Assembly (NCBI GenBank): GCA_964016885.1
Contig: OZ024746.1
Coordinates: 95,542,001 to 95,606,000 of the forward strand
DNA from: Eledone cirrhosa
Taxonomy: Eukaryota
Direction: 5' to 3'
DNA: 64,000 bases
Below the pieces are notes generated by a model. That model was not told the origin of the DNA and ran no database searches. It saw only the letters and a list, made by a program, of their open reading frames with translations. This document shows positions 12,355 through 25,168 of the stretch, one piece after another. Position numbers and translations under genes: made by a program. Each line of letters begins with the position of its first letter. Position 1 is the first letter of the stretch.

Positions 12355-13570
12355 GGCACTGCCGCGTGTGATAGCAAGCCTAAGACACTGGTGTAACCAA
12401 GCACCTTCACCAACTATCCCAAACGTCTTGAATGCTACAATACTTAGCAAAACGTTTTATGTCCAGATTTACGTCTGACTGCATTAGAGTGTTTACACTT
12501 TCGCTTTTTGTGGAAGGGACAAGTTCCACTGACCAGGCGGTCCATTTGCTGTCAACACTTACTGCGTGGAGATTTGGGTATATCGTGTTTGATGATGCGC
12601 AAACATGCTACAACTTTTCCTTGGCGGTGAACAGGTGTGGTCGCTGTTCGCCAGATGGGTTTTGCCCCAGCTAGTCTCCTTAATGGAGCTGCAGTCCTGT
12701 GTCAAAGGAAGACCGCGAGAAGACTAGAGTGTTGAACCAAGCAAAGACTTGGCGACTGGAAGTCTTCAAGTGCTCGTAGTCCTCAGCCAATCCGGCATTA
12801 GGATCGGTGGAAACTTCACCATGGCATTCTTCAGAGAGTTTGTTGCAGCAAAAACTGACGACGTTCTTGAGGAGACTGTCGTTGACGAAAATCAATGAAC
12901 CTCACTTTTCTAAAAGACTTTCGGGTCAGGCCCATAAACAACTTCCAGAAATCCCCAATGAAACCATCCTGCACGTACTCATCGAGAGTCCAAGTATTGC
13001 TGACTTGTGGGTTTATTCCAAAGACCTGCCATCAAGTGTTCAACAAAATCCATTGTGAAGATCGCCCCACCATCTTCCTTTAGACGGGGGAAAGGACAAG
13101 CTGTTTCTTTATCTGCCTGATGCCCGTGGCGAAAGAGGTCGCGTGGTGGACGCTTTTGAAAAGGTTTAAGACAAGGACCTTCCTCTTTGGCGAAGCCCTG
13201 ATTAACTTTTTCAGGTTTTACTTGAAGGGAAAAATGAGGGTGGAGAGAGAAGTGCTGCCTTCCAGTCAGTTTGTTTAAAGGTGAGAGTGGCGAGCATGGT
13301 CTGAGTGAATGGACCTGTCATGAGTATACACTTGTAGATTGGAAGAGAACTGGGAGGAGAGAAGACGCCCTAGCAGTTAGGGTGATTCTGGCTTTTCTCC
13401 ACGAGTGACCCTCGGAGGCCTTCCCACTTTTAGGGAATTTATGTTTGATTTTTTAAATGTTTGTTTGTTTAGTCTTTGTTATAAAATTGTATTTTACACC
13501 AAAAAAAATGCCAAACTGTACCGTCTCTAATGTTTTCTTAATGTGAGCCCTGTGTGGCTAATAAAGAAAT
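12355..13570 (+). mobile_element. L1/Tx1-like LINE 3' fragment, degenerate
   Basis: NETILHVLIESPSIADLWVY resembles the E(T/S)xxHxxxxCPxxxxxW zinc-knuckle region after L1/Tx1 RT. T-rich 3' UTR ends GCCCTGTGTGGCTAATAAAG. Confidence 0.6.
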
Positions 13571-13584
13571 CATTATTTTGGCTA

Positions 13585-14120
13585 TCAGCTGAGTCCATCA
13601 GATCGGATTGCCCCACCGCCTTCCTTTAGCCGGGAAGGGCAGGCAGTTTTTATCTACCTGGTGGCCATGGGGAAAGAGGTCGTGAGGTGGAGGCGTTTGA
13701 AAGGGCTGAAGACGAGCATTTACTTCTTCGGTGATACCATGATTAACTTTTTCAAATTTCATTTGAAAAGGAGAATCAGGGTGGAGAGGGAAGTGCTCTC
13801 TTCCCAGCAATTTGTTGAAAGATGGGTGAGAGAGGCAAGCTTGGCCCGGGTGAATGGACCTGTTCTGAGTATGCGCCTGTAAATTGGAAGGGGAAAACTA
13901 AGAGAGGGCACTTGCCCTGGTGGTCAGGGACACCGTGGATTTTTTAATGGGCTTTCTCCTCGAGCGTCCCTCGGAAGTCTCCTCACTATTGGGGAATTTT
14001 CCTTTCTTTCTTTTTTGTCATTTCCTTTGTTTTTGTATTTTCTTTACTCGCAGAAATGCCCATTTGTACCGTTCTGTGCTTACTTGTGGGTTTATGTCAG
14101 CCCTATTTGGCTAATAAACT
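13585..14120 (+). mobile_element. Second, diverged copy of the same L1/Tx1-like 3' end
   Basis: Colinear with about 13050-13570 (GCCCCACC..CTTCCTTTAG..GAAAGAGGTCG..GTGAATGGACCTGT) and ends GCCCTATTTGGCTAATAAAC. Confidence 0.65.
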
Positions 14121-15415
14121 ATTCTTCTTCTGGTAGTAGATTGACAGAATCCTCAGAGTATCAGGCAAAACACTTTGAAGCATTTTGAGTTCAAATCCCA
14201 ACGAGGTTAACGTTGCCTTTCGTCCTTCCCAATTGGATAAAATAAAGTACCAGTGAGTCAAAAACTGGGTCGATATGATTGACTTCTCATCCCAAATTGT
14301 CGGCCTTGTGCCTAAATTAGAAATCATAATTTGTAAGGCTTCTCTTAACTTAGATTCATTTTTTTCTTCTAGGAAACTACTAGAAAACACGAACTTTTAT
14401 TCCAATTATATATACATATATATATTTAATATATAAATGGCTTGTACAGGACTAGAACTGTTTCATTCAAGAGATATCAGGAAAGCAGGGCTTTCTTGAT
14501 ATCTCTCAAATGAAACAGCCCTGTACAAGCCATTTATATATTAAATATTTTTACTCTGCTATGTATTGAGTACCTTACTGTGGTTACCCCCGATTGAACC
14601 CGGGATAAACATATATATATATGTGTGTTTGTGTGTGCGTGTCTGTATTAGAACGGGTGTTTAAAATACCATATTACTTTAAATATTAACAGAATGAGCA
14701 CCCAATATGTGTAGGTAGCGTGTTAATTATATTTTCTAAGTCTATCTATTTGTGTTATGTAGTTTTATTAACTTTCCATTTATTTTTAACTCATACTCAC
14801 CCCCCACCCCTTCCACATACTCACGTGCCAACACTCACATGTTCACTATTTTCTGTCACATGTTTGAGGCCTCAGGTCAATACAGATTGTATTTGGCTTC
14901 GACGGTGATTTATATTGACACTGATTGAAATGTGATTGTCATGGTTAATGTAATGATGAAATATTTAAATTGGAATGTTGGCGGCCCGTCTGAGGAAGGT
15001 GCCCCACTAGGTGGGGTGGCTGTTGTAACGGATGTCGCTGGCCATTATCCGCGGGAATGCTTTTGCGGTCTTGTCGGCTGGACGCTGCCTTTTTACTGCC
15101 GCGCCCAGAGTCCAATACCCCCCCCCCTCTTCTGTGACACTAGAGTCCTTGTCATTGCCGGTCTTTCTTTTTTTCTTTTTCTTTATATTTTCCTTTTTTA
15201 CATTCCATTCTTCTCAATCTAAATTTTCTCTTTTTCATTTTCTATTAAACTGTATTTACATGATATATTCCATAAATAGAATTATAGTAAACTTATCCCT
15301 AGCGTATTTAACTACAGTAACTATCATTACTATAATTGTATCTATACATTTCTTGATGTTTTCCAACAGTACTGGTACTTTTCATAGATCGAATTAAAAT
15401 ATCAATGAACAATTA

Positions 15416-16165
15416 CACTGATCTACAAAAGTTTGATTTTTTTTTTTCGTTGACCCAAAGTTTGGGACCTGTTCTTGAGTAATTTGGGGGCCCTGAGTTT
15501 TAAAATGACAATACTTTTTTTCTATCTCGTCAAGGTTTTTTTTTTATCTGTGGGCTGGTCCATCTCGGTCCCACCCTCAGCAACAAGAGATATCATAGTT
15601 TATAATTTATGTTGATATTTTAGTGTATCTAAACATCTTTTTATGTCTAGATACACCTAGATATATTAATATATTATATCTAATAATTATTTTTCCTCGT
15701 TTCAGATTGATGTTGCGGAATAGCACAGGTATTCAGTAGCATGGCTTCATTACAAAGAAAATGTTTGCATTCCCCTATTTTTGCTATATATGCAGTAGTT
15801 TTACAGTACCAAGTCAAAGAATGAAAAATAGTGAATTTGTGAAAAGGGCATGCTTGGCTTACTTTAAGCTTAAACTTGGTGATCAGGATAAATCGTGGGC
15901 CCCACACAATGTATGTAAACCATGTGGAAACAACTAGCATTTGACATTCCTATGGTATGGCGGGAGCCAAAGAACCATGCAGAAGATTGCTACTTTTGTC
16001 TCACAAAGACGTCTGGTTATTGCAAGAAAACTCGACAGAAAATAAGTTATCCAAATCTGGAATCTGCAATTCGTCCTATGCTTCACTCAAATGAAAACCT
16101 GATGTGTTAGGAAAAAATCGATGCCATATTTGAAATCAGCTCAAAACAACAACAAAACCCAAGTC
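15416..16165 (+). mobile_element. Internally deleted DNA transposon, Chapaev3 (CMC)-like transposase N-terminus
   Basis: Starts CACTGATCTACAAAAG. From ATG 15741, frameshifted MASLQRKCLHS..FCYICSSFTV..AYFKLKLGDQDKSWAPHNVCKPC..PMVWREPKNHAEDCYFC..YPNLESAIRP, a widespread invertebrate transposase signature. The superfamily label is from memory. Confidence 0.6.
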
Positions 16166-16169
16166 AGCA

Positions 16170-16590
16170 CATTTGCGTGGGTTGGATAGATCCTCTTCAG
16201 CACAGCACCTTTCCACACGTCACAATCCTTTGTCATAGCCTCTGAGTCTCATTGATTTGAGGTCAACTCTCACAACCTCTGCCCAGGTCTTAGTCTACCT
16301 CTACCGCGCCTTCCTTCCAGTGGCATTTCCTCACCCAACACCAACGATCATTGTCCAAACCAAAGCAATCTTATCTCCTGCACACCACCTCGGGTTCTTC
16401 TTAAACTCAGCTTCTCTCTTTACTTGTCAAAGCTCTGCCTTTCTCTCTCTTACATTGCACATCCAACGGAGCATGGTTATTTCATTTCTCTCCAGTCACA
16501 GCCCATGTTTCACTACCATTCACACGTCCTTTTGTACATACGGAGAAACCTTGTGTGGTCAACAGTAGGGGTAGCTCTCTGAACTATCCT
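16170..16590 (-). mobile_element. RTE LINE 3' fragment
   Basis: Reverse-complement similarity to 26286-26765 and 4570-4930 (MLRWMCNV, GRRGRGR motifs). Confidence 0.65.
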
Positions 16591-17966
16591 TAATTAATCC
16601 AAGAATATAACCATTGGAATGATTATTGGTTTTCAGGCAGGTCTGTCTTCCAGAAGTCCCAAAAGCAAGACATTTCTTGCATCACAATAGTAAGACATTC
16701 TTGAAAAGTACAAAACATATTTGACTGCATCACATTAAAAATTGAAGTATTTACTTTAATGCTACAAATGTTCACAAACTGTCCGCTAGTAACTGCCAGT
16801 AATATAATTGTTTCTACTTTTGGCACAAGGCCAGCAATAATCCTGGTGTATTACTGGTACTTTATTTTATCGACCCCATAAGGATGAAAGGCAAAGTCAA
16901 CCTCGGCGGGATTTGAACTCAGATCGTAAAGGGACGTAACTATGCTGGAAAGCATGGCGTCCGACCTTCTACCGATACTGCCAATCCACTGCCCTTAATA
17001 TAATGAAAGCCGTAGAGGTGACTGAGGGAGGAAGGGGTGATGACAAACTACACAAAACAGCGTGTATATGTATAGCGAATTGGCTGTTAATATTATGTGA
17101 GTGTATGTGTTTATTTAGAAAGATACATAGACAATAGAATTACACACGCGAATCTACATACATATATATATATAAATAAACACACATCTATGTGACTGAG
17201 AAACTATAGTTCAGCGTTCTAAGATTCGTCACAGCCGTGTTTGTATCACTTGTTTGAGTGAAGGAACCAACCAACATCTCTTTTTTTTTATATTATGTAT
17301 AGATATTACAATTAGCTGTAAATCTTGACGGCACAGGACCAACTAGTATACTATAAACATGTTTTAAAGTATTTTTGACTAAATCATTACAGAATTTTAT
17401 AAGTTGAACCTGAGCCTAGTGCTACTAGCTTGCTGTGTACCTTGACAATTTTTTCACAAATATAAAAATGAAAGTAATCTGTGGAAGGAAGACCACAGAA
17501 AACATGGGCGGAGGTGGTGAAGCTGACCTCAAAAGACGACAAAGGACTGTGACATGGAGATGCTTACTGAAGAGGACCCGTCCCACCCTTGCAAGCAGGG
17601 TAAAGCAGACATAAAATGATGAAAGTATAACTGATATCTAGAAAATTCCAAACACTAAAACCAAGGGAAGACTAATACACACTGAAATTTTATTAAATTT
17701 AATAAATTAACAAGCAGTCATACTACTATACTAAAGAGATAATTGAAATTATGGGCAATAAAAAACAACCATGCTGAGCAAAGAGGATAGCAAACCGGCA
17801 TAGCACTGGTGCTATAATAAAATGCACCCAGTACACTGTAAAAATCATGCCAAACCGAAAGTTACATAAGGGAGATGTGGCCACAGCCTATTTAGGAGTG
17901 TAGTAGCTCTGATTAAGTATTGACCTAGTCTGTTATGATCTGTCTAACTCTTGACAGACATTAAAC

Positions 17967-18099
17967 CAGTCATGGGCAAACTGTAGCCCGGGAGCCACAA
18001 GCAGCCTGTTTGAATTTCTGAATGGCACGCCTAATTTCAAAATTGCATTCAATGTTTTAGTAGTGCAGCCCACTGCTCAAAAAACGTTGCCCATATCTG
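17967..18099. mobile_element. hAT-type MITE, short form without internal satellite
   Basis: TIR CAGTCATGGGCAA / TTGCCCATATCTG; 8-bp TSD CATTAAAC / CATTAAAT. Confidence 0.8.
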
Positions 18100-18143
18100 C
18101 ATTAAATGATTGATTTTATGAATAGCAGCAGAAAACTAGTGTA

Positions 18144-18329
18144 CAGCCCATTCACTTTTTACGCGAACTCGCTTTAATGTGACTTGAAAGAATATTATTA
18201 AGTATTCACTTTGCGCGTCTGGTTTTTAATTTTTTTTTTTATTCATCAGAAAATTAGACTTGAAATACGCAAGTTTCCTTTACATGTCTCGTTCATGAAC
18301 ACATCTTCGTGTAAAAAGTGAACACACTG
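18144..18329. mobile_element. Tc1/mariner-type MITE
   Basis: TA|CAGCCCATTCACTTTTTAC ... GTAAAAAGTGAACACACTG|TA: imperfect TIRs with TA target duplication. Confidence 0.65.
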
Positions 18330-18385
18330 TATATAGTACACACATGAATTAAAACAATAACTTTGATAGTTGTAAATTTTAATAT

Positions 18386-18391
18386 TTTATT
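18386..18391 (-). terminator. Polyadenylation signal of RPL36
   Basis: AATAAA on the minus strand about 15 nt after the stop codon. Short 3' UTRs are typical of ribosomal protein genes. Confidence 0.6.
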
Positions 18392-18405
18392 TTTGCTTTA
18401 TACAC

Positions 18406-18522
18406 TTATTTATGTGATGCAGATGCTGCTGCAGCAGCAGCTGCTTGCTGTGCCTTTCTCATTTTCTGCAACATAATTTGCATCTCCTCACGTTTGGCCT
18501 TGGCACGTAAATGCGTTCCGAG
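18406..18522 (-). CDS. RPL36: 60S ribosomal protein L36, last coding exon
   Basis: tttcag|LGTHLRAKAKREEMQIMLQKMRKAQQAAAAAAASASHK*; phase 0 join to the previous exon. Confidence 0.95.
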   Translation of the reverse strand, partial: LGTHLRAKAKREEMQIMLQKMRKAQQAAAAAAASASHK

Positions 18523-20600
18523 CTGAAATGTAGAAGTAAATATCAATAAACAACTCATTATTTACAGTCTAACTTGAAAATAATTGTTTCTATTGGCACA
18601 AGGCCAGCAATTACCCAGTACATTACTGGTACTTTATTTTATCGACCCCGTAAGGATGAAAGGCAAAGTCTAACTTGAAAATAATGGTACCTAAACACCT
18701 CATCATATTTAACCCATTAACATTTAAACTGGCCACAATTCTCTCACCTCTTTCTGTTCAAACTGGCTGCTTATACATATGTTAATAAGAATCCATATTA
18801 TGAGAGATAAAGACTACCTTGTAAATGAGGTTGGTGTTAGGAAGAGCATCTAGCTGTAGAAAACCTGCCAGATAGTACTATACAAGCGAGACAATTCCCG
18901 TCTAATCCATGCTAGTGTGGAAGATCGACGTTAAGTGTTGATGTTGATATATAGAATAATGTAAATCTGAAAGTGTTAAGCATTTTAACTGGCCATATCT
19001 GGCCAGAATTCTCTCATCACTTTCTTTTCAAACTGGCTGCTCATACCAACGTTAAGGTGTTGGTCTCAAAATAGATAATATCATCATCAACATATCATAG
19101 TGTCAATATTATGTGAGGTAAAGACTTTGCTGCAAAAATGCAAAAGTAAATATCAAGTAATGTAAATAAATGTTTTGAGTCACATTAACAAGACATCATT
19201 GAAAAGTACAAAACAGCACTACAACTGTACCACACTAAAAATGAACATCCTTTAGTTTATTTTAAATTTTCACAATCTCCATTTAAATTAACAGAACTGT
19301 TTTTAGATATTTTCTGCTAAGTCATTACAGGGTACTAAAAGTTGATATCAAACTGCCTAAAAACATTCCTGGTTCTATGACACAAAGCAATGTATTTATA
19401 TCATCATCATAACTGTTTACCGTCCATTTTTCTGTGCTAGTATGGGTTAGACAAGTTGCCCTGTTAAGAAGTGCCAGGTCAGGTGACCATGTCTTGCTCA
19501 TACAGAACTGATTGTGGCTGATTTCTACAGATGGATGTCCTTCCTAACGCCATATATTTATTTAAAAACCTTCCACCATACTTTTACATAAGAACATGCT
19601 TATGTTTCTAAAAACCAGTTTAATAATGAGTTAGGTCCTCCCATTCCATGTAGAACACTGGGCAGTAACAAAACCCTCCATTCTCTGCAAGAGATTTAGC
19701 ACCCTCCCGACTCAGATCTTCCACATCTAGATTCTTCAGGCCTGTCCTCTACCATATTGTCAGTGGGTGTCCACATTTCCTTTTTCCACCTGGCTTCCAG
19801 TCAAGGGAGAGCCTTGTATGTGTTGTTGATGGCATTCTAAAGACATGTCCAAGAAATCTCAGATGACTATCTTTCACCATCCCATAGACTTCCTTATTGG
19901 TTATTTTGTTTAAGAATTTTTCAGAAGGATCTCTGGAGGAATACATCTAGATTGCTCTCTTCCGTGTTAATAAATTTAATATATTACTAAATTACTTAAA
20001 ATTCTAGATTATTTTCAAAATGATTAAGTCATAACATCCTGTAATGATTTAGCAAACGTTATCTTTTTAATGTCATGAAAATTTGCAGTAAACATCAATG
20101 TTTTATGTGATGCAGCCATAGTGCTGTTTTGAACCTTTTAACCTTTCATGACAGCATTTCTAATGAAATACACTTTATTTTAATTAATTGAAGAATTTTG
20201 AGGAAAATAGTTACTTAATGTAAGATCCTTATATAAAATTATGTTGGGAGATTTTAATTTAAATTAGAAACCTTTAAAATTAATGGTTTTATTTCTTAGA
20301 ACCAGAGCTGGTTTTGGCCAGGTTGGTAACTAAAGGGTTAAGTATGTCTTACTAACATGGTTTCATATAGTACAGATTGTTCAAAAATTTAGGCAGTTTT
20401 TCATATAAAAATAATAATTAAAGGGCTAAGGAAAGAAATGGTAAAGTGCTGAAATAACAACTAAGTTTCTAAGATAAAAACTATTTTAACATTTTTGATA
20501 AAACCTCCCTTGATTCTATGATACAAAGCAGTAATTTTGAAGTGTTTATATTTATCTAAAAATCTTCCATCATATTTTCATGTATAAGCTACAAACAATG

Positions 20601-20803
20601 TTAACCCTTTAGCATTTAAACCGACCATATCCAGCCAGAATTCTCTCACCCCTTTCTGTTCAAACCGGCCACTCATACTGATATTAAGGTATGGCTCTCA
20701 AAATAAATATCAAAATCTCAAAGATTCGATATTACGTGAGGTAAAGCCTTTACCATGAAAATATAATAGTATATATAGAGTAATGTGAATGTTAAAGGGT
20801 TAA
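20601..20803. mobile_element. piggyBac-type MITE (~200 bp family)
   Basis: TTAA|CCCTTTAGCATT ... AATGTTAAAGGG|TTAA. Further copies at 36509-36724, ~38368-38577, 41769-42332, 46498-46739, ~50735-50935, 59685-59900 and 60084-60787. Confidence 0.85.
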
Positions 20804-22618
20804 CTAAATAAACTTGTATCTTGTTAGTAAAAAGTGTGTAGATTCTAATGGTTTTTATTTTTGATCAATTAAGTTTATTCAAGACTGAAACGTCATTTTA
20901 AAGTTCATGTTTAACCCACTCATGACCAAACCGTGGCTTGTTTGGCATGCCTAATTTCAAAATTGCCTTGACTTTTTTAGTAGTGCGACACCCTATGATG
21001 AACCAATCCAACCTTATTGCTAAAAAAAAAAAATGGTCATAACCGGCCACCCACTGATGTTAAGGTATTGTTCTCAAAGTAATCATCATCGTTAAAACTT
21101 CATAGATTCAGTATTATGGGAGGTAATGTCTTTAACATGAAAATACAATAGTAAATATAGAGTAATGTAAATGCCAGTGTTGAAAACCTGCATTAATTTC
21201 TGAACCAGATAAATACAATAATGATAATCTTGTTATGTTCTTAACACAAGATAAATAGTTTTATTAATAAATACTTCCAAATACTTGATTTTGAAAATAG
21301 AATACATCAAAATTGCATGGACAAATCTGAAAATGTATCCTTTCAGGAAACACTAACTAATTAGCATTCAAATTCTTAAGCTTATTTGTACAAATGAATG
21401 AACAATTAGGGTACTCAATTAATATGTACATAGTCATACACTGTAAGGTGGCTGGTGTTAGAAAGTCACTCTGACCCATTAGCTCTTCCAACTGAGGCAC
21501 AACACATCTTGATAAAATTTGCCAAATAAAGGGTTGACGGGGGAGGGGATTCTTTAGTGTTGATAAAGTGCACGGTGCAATATAAGAGAGATCCATAGCT
21601 CTGATTAAATACTATCAATGATGACCCATCCAACCACTGCTAGCAAGGAAAACAAACAATGATCTCCAGCTGTGTACCTTTATGTTCTGAGTTCAGATCC
21701 TCCTGATATGAAACAAACCCCAAGCATATATCTACAATCGATTTTACAATAGTGTTATGTAGGCTGTGTGAACCATATAAGGCGGCCACATTAAATGTTT
21801 GCCATAGTTGAAGGAATTTTACATTTCAGGAAGGGGGCAGTCATTTCTGGTGCCACAGCTGAATAGTGGAGTTTCCATCCTCCATCCTAATCTAAAATAT
21901 CAAAGCCATGGAACTTTGTTGAGGAAACCCAGACTATATCTAGCCGGTAGTATCTCGCCTCCTCCACTAGTTCCTGCTCCTTACGTATAAGGGTTGGGAT
22001 TTTCCAGGTTTGCACACGTCTGGACCCTCTTTGAGGGGTCTCGAGAAATGCAATCTTTGTGCTTCTGAGAGGACCAACTGAAGGAGGTTTGAGGACCCTG
22101 CCCCCACGACCCTCTCAGGAATAGGGAAGCAACCAAAAACCCATACTATACCACCCATGTCCAAAACATGTTTTATTACACATTTAAATATTTATTCCAC
22201 TGAATGACTATTTGTATTTCAGTCAAAACAGGACACAACAATTTAGTCAGCCAGTGTCCCTCCACCATCATTATAATTTAATGCCAGTTAAATGATCACC
22301 ATAGCTTTCCTCTTGTTTCTATGAAACAAATCCACTCATTTTAAATGGCTTCTATTTGAATAAAAAATCTTCCAGCAAAATTGATTTATGATCTTAAAAC
22401 TTACATAGGTGATAGCATGCAGGATGAATCATTTTAATAAATGCCTTCAAATTTTTCATCAATTCAGTGATTATTTCATTATAGCCACAAAAAGATCAAA
22501 CTAAACAATACAAAGAAAGCCTATACTTTCCCCATTCTTCAATAAAGTCTTGTATACTAATATCAATATAAAAGAACAATCACCATTGTTAAAATAAAAT
22601 TAACTATGCATAACTTAC

Positions 22619-22753
22619 CCTTTTCTTACAGAATTTGAGAGCTCTTTTATCCTTTGAAATTCTCAGCAATTCTTGGCATCTCTTTTCATATGGAGAGAAA
22701 CCCACAACTTCACGGACAAGATCCCTGACAAATTTCATGTGTTTTGATGACCT
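22619..22753 (-). CDS. RPL36: 60S ribosomal protein L36, second coding exon
   Basis: tatag|[45 protein letters not shown]|gtaagt; matches the eL36 core motif. Confidence 0.97.
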
Positions 22754-23650
22754 CTATAAAAATAACAAAATATTCATAAAAATACACTTACTGTTATTTA
22801 GTTTGTGAATAAACCTAAGGCACATCATCATCATTTACGCCCGCTTTTCCCTGCTTGCAAGGGTGGGACGGGAACTGATTCCGGCTTGATTACAGTTGGA
22901 TGCCCTTCCTAACACCAACCTCATTTACAGTGGAATGATAGGCACACAAGATAAGAAATCAAACGTGTACAACTTATGTAGATGTAATAGGTAAACACAT
23001 GCAGGTCAAATTAGAACAGCTCGTGCGATAATACACACATCTATACATAAACAGATATAGACAACAGAAGGAAGGGGCTGGGGAAAAGCTATAGCGATGT
23101 GCTGCTTGCCTTCAGGGTTTACCGGCTACATATTCGAAAAAAAGTAGCAATTTGGTCTGGGTCGTATTTGCAGACATGGTTTTACATAACCCGACAGGTG
23201 ATCTCAGACTTGCACTTGACAGATTTGATGCAGAGTGCTGCAGAAAGTGAGACACTTGTCCTCTCAAAAAAAAAAAAGCCTGCACATGGATGGCATGGCA
23301 GTCATCATGTAAAACACGTGAAAGTAACTTTTCAGTAGACTAACCCTATTTAAATTACTCATATTGGTTTTTCAACCTAAAATAAGATTCACTTATCAGA
23401 TGAATCTTATTTTAAGCTGTTTCGTATGTTGCCCGACTGCCTTTGGCCCATTATAAATCGCGTTTAATATTTGAATAAGCTATTTAGAAAATGAGATGAA
23501 ATAAAATGTGTGCTTGGTAGAATGTCACGAAATGATCGGCGACACTTTTTTAAGAATCATTATTTACAGCGTAAAATAAGTTTCAACATATTTATTTACA
23601 CGTGGCCACAAGAAACGTAAAAAATTCGGTAAATTCTTATTACACTCGTC

Positions 23651-23901
23651 CAGAGGCACAACTAGGAAAAACAGTGCTTACGCAAGCAGTGAAATGGCGC
23701 CCCTGCCCAGCACTGTATCTTTACCTATAGGCCTTATATAAATGGCTTAATGATCCAGCCACCATAATAATCAGAGACAGATCATACATCTGAAGGAGTT
23801 TCTATTTTTCACTCTCCGACGAGGCTTATTTGTCTTCAATAGATCGTACTCCTAGTCCAAGTGGGTCCCATTACACGTGCCATACCCTAGTTACACCTCT
23901 G
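23651..23901. mobile_element. hAT-type MITE in an RPL36 intron
   Basis: TIR CAGAGGCACAACTAGG / CCTAGTTACACCTCTG; 8-bp TSD CACTCGTC / CACTCATC. Confidence 0.8.
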
Positions 23902-25072
23902 CACTCATCTCCCACAACGAGCAATTCAGAATTTACGAGTGTTTTGAAATCCATATTCGTTCAAAAATATTACATCCGTCTGGGAAAAGGGAGCAATTTA
24001 AAAAATATATATACTTTTTTCAGGTAAGTCTGGTATTTATTTCAACGATTTGTTTGTTTGTTTGAGCAGTTAAATTATGGAATACAAAGAGACACATGAC
24101 GGGCTTCTGCAGTTTCCGCATCGAAATTTATCTCAGAAGGCATTGGTGATTACGAGCTTATAGTACTCTTGTACTATAAGATCGTAATCAGTTGTCCAAG
24201 GGGTCACACAAGCTACATCCAGAACCACATGGTTGATATATATATATATATGCAGAGGTTATATTTAATTTGTTGGGATTCAACAAGCTTAAACATTTTA
24301 TAACTGATATAAAGCACTCAACAGTTTGGTGGAGTAAATACATAATATATTAATAAATGGAAACTATATTTATAAAACCATATATATATATATAGTCAAC
24401 CATGTGGTTCTGGATGTAGCCTGTGTGACCCCTTGGACAACTGATTACGATCTTATAGTACAAGATATATATATACAAATAAAGTGGCAGAACACTGGTG
24501 GGTTATATCCGCATGGGACATTCGTTAAGGTGAAAGAAATTGTCCTCGGAAATGGTTTACTGTTATATATATATATATATATATATACTCATACATATGG
24601 ATATAAAGTTTACTCATTTTCATCTAACATAGCTACGATGATTCAACAAAGGAATGAAACATTGTAGTTATATTGTAAAATAATTATATAAACATATATA
24701 TTTACTATAATACCGAGTTCTTCCTCTCTTGCGGACTACTACTATCACTAGATCAGAACGCTATATATACATATTAAAGAATATGTATAAGTGATGAATT
24801 TTTGTAATTAGTTTCACCTGTGAATCACAGGATCAAACAAATCTTTATATTGTGTAACCATAAACATCAGCAACCTATACTATCGATACTACAATACGAG
24901 TCCAGACAATGCGAGAGAAGGCTCTGTGGTGTGCAAGAAACCCTATCATTAGCAGATTAAAAAATAATAGTAACGACTGAGTTTACAGTAGATATATATA
25001 AAACACGTGTTTTCATAGTATAGGTGTTTGTAAGAAAGACAAAAGGAAAAATTTTATATAAAACAAACTTAC

Positions 25073-25168
25073 ATCCTTTCGTCTGGAAGGTTTCAATTTA
25101 CGACCAGGTAATTTAGTCACTTTGTGGCCCTTGTTAAGGCCAACGGCCAGATCACAACGAATTACCAT
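25073..25168 (-). CDS. RPL36: 60S ribosomal protein L36, first coding exon
   Basis: cttttcag|AA ATG: MVIRCDLAVGLNKGHKVTKLPGRKLKPSRRKD|gtaagt. AVGLNKGHKVT is the eL36 N-terminal signature. Confidence 0.97.

Noticed and set aside
23110-23310. Possible C/D-box snoRNA in an RPL36 intron (minus-strand ATGATGA...CTGA)
   Set aside because: The sequence aligns by eye to the RTE fragment at 53480-53630, and no terminal stem or rRNA guide was recognised.
23730-23780. TATA box plus initiator-like spacing as a standalone promoter
   Set aside because: It lies inside a hAT MITE with TIRs and TSD; no independent support.
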